A stretch of DNA of 37,725 bases from Bacteroidales bacterium (lineage in GTDB: Bacteria; Bacteroidota; Bacteroidia; Bacteroidales; UBA932), in the NCBI GenBank assembly GCA_035380845.1, contig DAOSXZ010000001.1:1-37725 (forward strand), read 5' to 3'. Below the pieces are notes generated by a model, which was not told the DNA's origin, ran no database searches, and worked only from the letters and a program-made list of their open reading frames with translations. Positions 32,618 through 37,725 of this stretch are shown here, piece by piece; position 1 is the first letter of the stretch, and each line of letters opens with the position of its first letter. The position numbers and the translations under genes were made by a program.

Positions 32618-33673
32618 TTGCCGGGGGTAAGTCGTGTAAAACAAAAGGGTTACGATCTTATTGCCATGTTCATGCGTAACTGGCACGACACCACGGGAAC
32701 GTTGCACGGGGATTGCGCCTGGGAAGAGGACCTGGATCTGGCCAAGATGGTCGCACGCAAATTGGATATCCCTTTCTATTTTACAGACCTGAGCCGGGAA
32801 TACCGTACACGGGTAGTAGACTATATGTTCAACGAATACGAAAAAGGCCGCACACCCAATCCGGATATTTTGTGTAACCGTGAGATAAAATTCGATGCTT
32901 TCCTGGAAAAAGCACTGGAACTGGGCGCGGAAAAAGTGGCCACAGGCCATTACTGTCGTACAGACATGACTGCCGGTGGTGAATACAGGCTCTTACAGGG
33001 AATTGACAGCAATAAAGACCAATCCTATTTCCTGTGCCAGCTTAACCAGGAACAACTGTCCAGAGCGATCTTTCCCATTGGTGATCTTCTAAAACCCCGG
33101 GTAAGGGAGCTGGCACAGGAAGCCGGTCTGCCCACGGCAGAGAGGAAGGATTCCCAGGGCATTTGTTTTGTCGGGAAAGTGGATCTGCCCGTATTCTTAC
33201 AACAAAAACTCAGACCTCGCGAAGGAAATGTTGTGGAAATTTTCCGGGATGGATCCCGGAAAACCATCGGCAAGCATCACGGAGCTCATTTTTACACCAT
33301 AGGACAACGCAAAGGACTCAACATTGGCGGGCACGTCAATCCTTTATTTGTGATCTCGACAGACGTTGAAACGAACACGGTTTATGTAGGAGAAGGACAG
33401 GATCATCCGGGTTTGTACCACAAAACACTGACTGTAGAGAAGAAAGACATTCACTGGATACGTCCGGGACTTGAATTAAAAGAAGGTGAAGAGCGTCCTT
33501 TCAGTATCCGGATACGCTACAGGCAACCGCTCCAGGAAGGAATAGTCAGGTGTGAGAACGGCATTACCATCACCTTCACCGAACCTCAGCGCGGAATTAC
33601 TCCGGGGCAATTTGCAGCGTGGTACCTTGGAGAAGAGCTGGCCGGGTCCGGGGTCATAGCATCCCGTTCATAA
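32618..33673 (+). CDS. mnmA: tRNA 2-thiouridine(34) synthase MnmA homologue lacking the N-terminal PP-loop and any ATG start (possible pseudogene or sequencing indel)
   Basis: The ORF begins at a TTG, 12 nt after the cdd TGA and in the same frame. It translates as (M)PGVSRVKQKGYDLIAMFMRNW.., so the canonical M..VVVGMSGGVDSSV block is absent. The rest is intact: TPNPDILCNREIKF and DSQGICFVGK (the catalytic Cys pair), and ATGHY. Confidence 0.7.
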   Translation: MPGVSRVKQKGYDLIAMFMRNWHDTTGTLHGDCAWEEDLDLAKMVARKLDIPFYFTDLSREYRTRVVDYMFNEYEKGRTPNPDILCNREIKFDAFLEKALELGAEKVATGHYCRTDMTAGGEYRLLQGIDSNKDQSYFLCQLNQEQLSRAIFPIGDLLKPRVRELAQEAGLPTAERKDSQGICFVGKVDLPVFLQQKLRPREGNVVEIFRDGSRKTIGKHHGAHFYTIGQRKGLNIGGHVNPLFVISTDVETNTVYVGEGQDHPGLYHKTLTVEKKDIHWIRPGLELKEGEERPFSIRIRYRQPLQEGIVRCENGITITFTEPQRGITPGQFAAWYLGEELAGSGVIASRS

Positions 33674-35237
33674 TTTCCAGTGCCTTCCTGTATTCAGGAA
33701 GAAGCGGATTTATCACCCTGTAAAAAGATCCCTGTCCAAACAGGCGGGCACCTATCAAACCTTTGAGTTGCATTCTGATATGCTTTTCAGACAATACCAG
33801 GTCACCTTCACCCGGAACGATTTCCTCATTTTCTGCATATACCAACAGTTCTTCAAACGGGACCTTATCCGTTGTCATGCCTTTGTCAAAAGACTCAAAA
33901 GAATCGTAACGCTTTGACAGTTCATCCCTTGATTTATCCAGGAAATCATTGATAAATGCATTCAGGATACCCCGTCGGGCCAGTTGTATGTAAAATTCCG
34001 AATAATAAGTCGTATCTGCAGGTACAAAGACATCCGGCATGATCCCCCCTCCCCCGTACACAATCCTGTTTTCTTTCAATGTTCTGAATGCCAGTGAATC
34101 CGGAATCTGTATGCTGTCAACATGATACGATTCACCTCTCTGGTAGCGTTCCATGAAATCCCTATAATACATGTCTTTCTCTCCCATTTCATAAGGAGAC
34201 TGGATTACCCTGCCGCTGGGAGTATGGTACCTTGCCACGGTTAGCCGCAATTCCGAACCGTCGTTCAACGGGAACGATTGCTGCACCAACCCTTTCCCAA
34301 ACGAACGCCTCCCGACAATCATTCCGCGGTCCCAGTCCTGAATGGCTCCCGCCACAATCTCGCTTGCCGAGGCAGACCTTTCATCTATCAAAACAACAAC
34401 CGGAGTATTCACAAAGAAACCCATTCCCGAGGCAGGAACTTCACGGCGTTGCATTTTCCCGCCTTCCGTAAAGAGTACCAGCTCTCCTTTTTGCAAAAAT
34501 TGTTCTGCCAGGAAAACCGCTGCCCCCAGAAAACCGCCTCCGTTACCCTGAAGATCCAGGATCAATCCATCGGGCATCCTCTCAATCCCCCTGAAGGCCT
34601 CTATGAATTCTTCCTGGGTAGTCAAGGCAAATTTGTTCAGCTTGACATACATGATACCGGGAGCTGCCCAGTAAGCAGCATCTATACTGTTAATGGGAAT
34701 TTTATCCCGTACCACTTCAAAGTACAGAGGATCATTTTCTCCCCTGCGCTTTACAGTCAGTCCCACCCGGGTGCCTTTGGGACCTCTCAGTAAATCGTAT
34801 ACCTGTTGATTGCCAAGATCCGGAGAGGATATCTCTTTCCCGTCCACGGCCACAATCCTGTCATCTGCCCTTATGCCCACGCTTTCAGACGGGGCTCCGG
34901 CAATAGGATTCACAACAACCAATGTATCCCGTATGATGGCAAACTCAATACCTATTCCTTCAAAATTACCTTCCAGAGGCTCGTTCATGGCTTTCACTTC
35001 ATGGGCAGGTATATAAGTTGAATGCGGATCCAGCTGGTCCACCAGTGTCTTCATCATGCCATCAACTACTGTTCCTGTATCAACACTATCCAGATAGTAC
35101 TGACCCACATAAAACAAAGCCTGTCCCATTTTGTTTACCTGTTGGTTCAGGCCTTCATCAGATATTTGTGCGTGTACGGGAGGACTTACTATTAGAGCGA
35201 AAGCCAATAAAGGCAAAATAAAGGGGATTTTTCTCAT
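33654..35237 (-). CDS. S41-family C-terminal processing (tail-specific) peptidase with PDZ domain
   Basis: I prefer the ATG at 35237 (MRKIPFILPLLAFALIVSPPVHAQ). The track's start at 35246 is a TTG. PDZ block GIGIEF....D.LVVVNPIAGAPSE..GIRADDRIVAVDG. Catalytic block LIDERSASASEI with K in GRRSFGKG. The 3' end overlaps convergent mnmA by 20 nt. Confidence 0.88.
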   Translation of the reverse strand: MRKIPFILPLLAFALIVSPPVHAQISDEGLNQQVNKMGQALFYVGQYYLDSVDTGTVVDGMMKTLVDQLDPHSTYIPAHEVKAMNEPLEGNFEGIGIEFAIIRDTLVVVNPIAGAPSESVGIRADDRIVAVDGKEISSPDLGNQQVYDLLRGPKGTRVGLTVKRRGENDPLYFEVVRDKIPINSIDAAYWAAPGIMYVKLNKFALTTQEEFIEAFRGIERMPDGLILDLQGNGGGFLGAAVFLAEQFLQKGELVLFTEGGKMQRREVPASGMGFFVNTPVVVLIDERSASASEIVAGAIQDWDRGMIVGRRSFGKGLVQQSFPLNDGSELRLTVARYHTPSGRVIQSPYEMGEKDMYYRDFMERYQRGESYHVDSIQIPDSLAFRTLKENRIVYGGGGIMPDVFVPADTTYYSEFYIQLARRGILNAFINDFLDKSRDELSKRYDSFESFDKGMTTDKVPFEELLVYAENEEIVPGEGDLVLSEKHIRMQLKGLIGARLFGQGSFYRVINPLLPEYRKALEIMNGML

Positions 35238-35243
35238 AATGTG

Positions 35244-35251
35244 CAAATGTA
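35244..35251 (-). promoter_or_regulatory. -7 promoter box TACATTTG for the S41 peptidase gene
   Basis: Plus-strand caaatgta reads TACATTTG on minus, 6 nt upstream of the ATG at 35237. Confidence 0.4.
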
Positions 35252-35313
35252 ATAAATATTACTCCCCTTTTTGATTTTTTTGATCCGGGCTGTTATTTAG
35301 TAAATGCTTTTAC

Positions 35314-35321
35314 TATATTTG
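35314..35321 (+). promoter_or_regulatory. -7 promoter box TATATTTG for the porin/YeiH pair
   Basis: Exact TAnnTTTG match, 43 nt upstream of the ATG at 35365. Confidence 0.45.
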
Positions 35322-35364
35322 CATTTACTATCTAACCTTATACAATTTAACAGACCTGATATTT

Positions 35365-36378
35365 ATGAAATCAATCATCCGGCCTATTATCTTTTTATTT
35401 CTGGTTTTCATTACTTTCTTACCTGCAAAGGCCCAGGTTTCATCACTTGAAGAAAGGACATCCGCTTTGGAAAATATCGTGTCAAAACTGCCTAAGATGT
35501 CGGGATTTTTGAATTTACGATACCAATATGACAACGATCAAAATTCTTTTGATATCCGACGCGCCAGGCTTGACTTTAAAGGCAACATTGTCAAATGGCT
35601 GGATTACAGGTTGCAAGTAGATTTTGCCACCTCACCAAAGATAATCGACGCATACGTAAGGTTGAAATTCAGTCCTATGTTCAACATCCAGGCCGGTCAG
35701 TTCAAATTGGCCTTTTCTCTGGAAAACCCTTACGGACCGTTGACACTCGAGACCATGGATAACTCACAGGTCATCAGCTACCTTTCAGGGATCAATGACC
35801 TTGCAGGGAGCAAAGGATCCGGAAGAGATCTGGGGGTCGCCGTATACGGTGGTTTTTTTCAACAAGACGGATACAACATTATTGATTATGTAGTAGGTCT
35901 GTACAACGGGACCGGCATCAATGTAAAAGACAACAACAAACATAAGGACATTACAGGCCGGTTGGAGATCCATCCCATACGCCCGGTAACCCTGACCGCA
36001 TCTTATTACAACGGAAAGATAGGCCAGGACGGAGACCTTAGACCAAGAACACGTTACGGATTCGGGGCACGGTACGATGACGGGACCGTCCTGCTGAGGG
36101 GTGAATACCTGAAAGGAAAAACCGACCAGACAGACAGCGACGGTTTTTATGTTGTTGCCGGATATAAATTCTCAGGAAAATTTCAGCCTATACTGAAATA
36201 CGATTTCATGCGCAAAGACCTGGCCAACGATAATTCCCGGCAGATAAACTACCTGGTGGGATTGGATTATTGGCCTCACAATATGTTCCGGGTGCAGGTC
36301 AATTACACCTACCGGACATTTATTGAAAAGGAGAACAACAACGGATTGCTGGGCATAATGCTTACAGCACGTTTCTAA
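35365..36378 (+). CDS. Outer-membrane porin, phosphate-selective porin O/P (OprO/OprP-like) family
   Basis: 337 aa. Signal peptide. N-terminal coiled segment (LEERTSALENIV). GFLNLRYQYD....FDIRRARLDFKG and a terminal ..LTARF are typical of Porin_O_P-like barrels. Confidence 0.7.
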   Translation: MKSIIRPIIFLFLVFITFLPAKAQVSSLEERTSALENIVSKLPKMSGFLNLRYQYDNDQNSFDIRRARLDFKGNIVKWLDYRLQVDFATSPKIIDAYVRLKFSPMFNIQAGQFKLAFSLENPYGPLTLETMDNSQVISYLSGINDLAGSKGSGRDLGVAVYGGFFQQDGYNIIDYVVGLYNGTGINVKDNNKHKDITGRLEIHPIRPVTLTASYYNGKIGQDGDLRPRTRYGFGARYDDGTVLLRGEYLKGKTDQTDSDGFYVVAGYKFSGKFQPILKYDFMRKDLANDNSRQINYLVGLDYWPHNMFRVQVNYTYRTFIEKENNNGLLGIMLTARF

Positions 36379-36407
36379 TGAAAAGAACTAACTAAAACCT
36401 GATTGAT

Positions 36408-37661
36408 ATGACAAAAGAAACTAAAAAACCGTGGTGGAAACAATTTATGACCGAAGACTGGATCATAGTCATTGCAGCCACCATCATTCTGGTCCTGGCG
36501 GTGATAGTGCCTGCTGTTATGCCCAGAATGCCAAAAACGTTATTTACGGCCAAAGAATGGCTGGATGCAGGGTATATGTTTGTTTTTCTGCTGCTTGTTA
36601 CTTACCTGACATCATTTATTCTTAAAAAACCTCTGAAAGGACTGTTCCTCTCTTTCCTGGCAATCTACCTTCTGGCGCTTCTTTCCAATGTTGTTGCAGC
36701 TATTCCCGCCGTCAAATCCACCGGTTTGGAATCCGTGTTTTTTGCTGTAATCTTTGGCTTGGTCATCAGCAACATAGTAGGAGTGCCAAAATGGCTTAAA
36801 CCGGCTATACAGAGTGAATTCTACATTAAGATAGGTATTATCACACTGGGGTCTACCATCTTGTTCGGAGAAGTCATGAAAGCCGGTGCATACGGCCTGG
36901 CCCAGGCATTGGTAGTAGTTCTTGTTGTCTGGAATTTTGCATTCTGGGTTGCACGAAAAATGAAAGTTGATGACGAAATGGCCACTATGCTGGCCAGTGG
37001 TGTTTCCATTTGCGGAGTGTCTGCCGCCATCGCTACATGTGGTGTGATTAAGGGAAACAACAAAAAATTGTCCACGGTAATCTCACTCGTACTGGTAATC
37101 GCAATTCCTATGATGTACCTGTTACCCTGGCTTTCAGAACTTATGGGATTATCTTCATCGGTTGCAGGAGCCTGGCTGGGCGGGACCATAGATACTACCG
37201 GAGCTGTAGCTGCCGCCGGTACCATGTTGGGAGAGGAAGCCGCTCAGACGGCCATTATTGTGAAATCTTCGCAAAATGTACTGCTGGGTATCGCCGCTTT
37301 CCTGATAGCACTCTACTGGACTTATAAAGGAAAAGAAGGTCAGGAAAAACCTACCGCAAAACTGATTTGGGACCGTTTCCCGAAATTTGTAGTAGGATTT
37401 GTACTGGCTTCTCTGATCTTCAGCATTTTTTTCAGCATAGAAGAAGCCAAAATAGTTGGAAAGATCACCAAGGGATTCAGCACTTCCCTGTTCAGTATTG
37501 CCTTTGTATGCATTGGTCTGGAAACCCGGTTTAAAGAAATTTTCTCTAAGGAAAACCGCCAGCCTCTTAAAGCATTCCTTACAGCACAGGGAGTGAATAT
37601 AGTCTTTACCCTTTTGGTAGCTTACCTCATATTCGGAGTTATTCAGCCTCTGCTTGGATAA
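36408..37661 (+). CDS. YeiH/UPF0324-family inner-membrane transporter (putative sulfate-exporter family)
   Basis: 417 aa, ~10 TM. ASGVSICGVSAAIAT and GAWLGGTIDTTGAVAAAG align by eye with the E. coli YeiH blocks GAGSSICGAAAVLAT and GIYIGSTVHEVAQVVAAG. Confidence 0.75.
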   Translation: MTKETKKPWWKQFMTEDWIIVIAATIILVLAVIVPAVMPRMPKTLFTAKEWLDAGYMFVFLLLVTYLTSFILKKPLKGLFLSFLAIYLLALLSNVVAAIPAVKSTGLESVFFAVIFGLVISNIVGVPKWLKPAIQSEFYIKIGIITLGSTILFGEVMKAGAYGLAQALVVVLVVWNFAFWVARKMKVDDEMATMLASGVSICGVSAAIATCGVIKGNNKKLSTVISLVLVIAIPMMYLLPWLSELMGLSSSVAGAWLGGTIDTTGAVAAAGTMLGEEAAQTAIIVKSSQNVLLGIAAFLIALYWTYKGKEGQEKPTAKLIWDRFPKFVVGFVLASLIFSIFFSIEEAKIVGKITKGFSTSLFSIAFVCIGLETRFKEIFSKENRQPLKAFLTAQGVNIVFTLLVAYLIFGVIQPLLG

Positions 37662-37725
37662 ACCGGCGCGGAACACTGAATATACGGCCTTCCGTACTCA
37701 GTTCTGTATTGGGAAATATTTCCCG

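Noticed and set aside
37675-37724. Interrupted hairpin ACTGA..TACGG-ccTT-CCGTA.TCAGT (37675-37702) and a perfect 14-nt palindrome GGGAAATATTTCCC (37711-37724) after yeiH. Two minus-strand frames are also open to the right window edge.
   Set aside because: The hairpin is interrupted by an internal loop and is not followed by a T-tract, so a terminator call is weak. The palindrome touches the window edge and its context is missing. The ~25-29 open codons in two different frames are not enough to call a partial CDS.
1-37725. Scan for CRISPR arrays, IS/transposase genes, integrases, toxin-antitoxin or other defence genes, rRNA or other structured ncRNAs in the intergenic gaps.
   Set aside because: None was found. 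The largest non-coding gaps are 118 nt (35247-35364), 64 nt (12197-12260), 66 nt (12645-12710), 62 nt (17868-17929) and 61 nt (26594-26654). All look like AT-rich promoter regions rather than RNA genes or repeats.

Overview
Compact Bacteroidota-type chromosomal window, probably Bacteroidales. The taxon call is an inference from repeated TAnnTTTG -7 promoter boxes, lipobox and TAT signals, and DUF4293/DUF5106/DUF1080-type proteins. I support 33 CDS and one tRNA-Gly(CCC). One CDS, a trkH 5' fragment, runs off the left edge and is missing from the ORF track. I saw no IS elements, integrases, CRISPR arrays or obvious defence genes. Most of the window is housekeeping: uvrA, uvrB, a RelA-like RSH, mtaB, folB, mltG, cdd, mnmA, an S41 protease and a LolE-type permease, packed into long overlapping operons. 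Two accessory metabolic modules stand out. (1) At 1653-4497 (minus) a tightly coupled operon encodes an SRD5A-like steroid 5alpha-reductase, an OYE-type flavin ene-reductase and an SDR. This is the enzyme-family trio reported for gut-bacterial 3-oxo-delta4-bile-acid conversion to allo/iso-allo lithocholate. It continues into an output-less MCP-4HB/HAMP sensor-like gene that is translationally coupled to trkH. (2) At 12711-15856 (plus) an exported trio encodes a TAT-signal Gfo/Idh/MocA oxidoreductase, a DUF1080 (3-keto-disaccharide hydrolase family) lipoprotein and a xylose-isomerase-like TIM-barrel lipoprotein. This fits the oxidation/elimination route of glycoside cleavage. Other notable points are listed below.
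- A uvrB-RSH-uvrA operon, in which the RSH has a degenerate HD motif.
- An mnmA copy lacking its PP-loop and any ATG start.
- A perfect 18-bp inverted repeat carrying two back-to-back -7 boxes.
- Several -7 boxes only 4-6 nt from start codons, implying leaderless mRNAs.
All functional calls come from reading motifs by eye. No database search was run.
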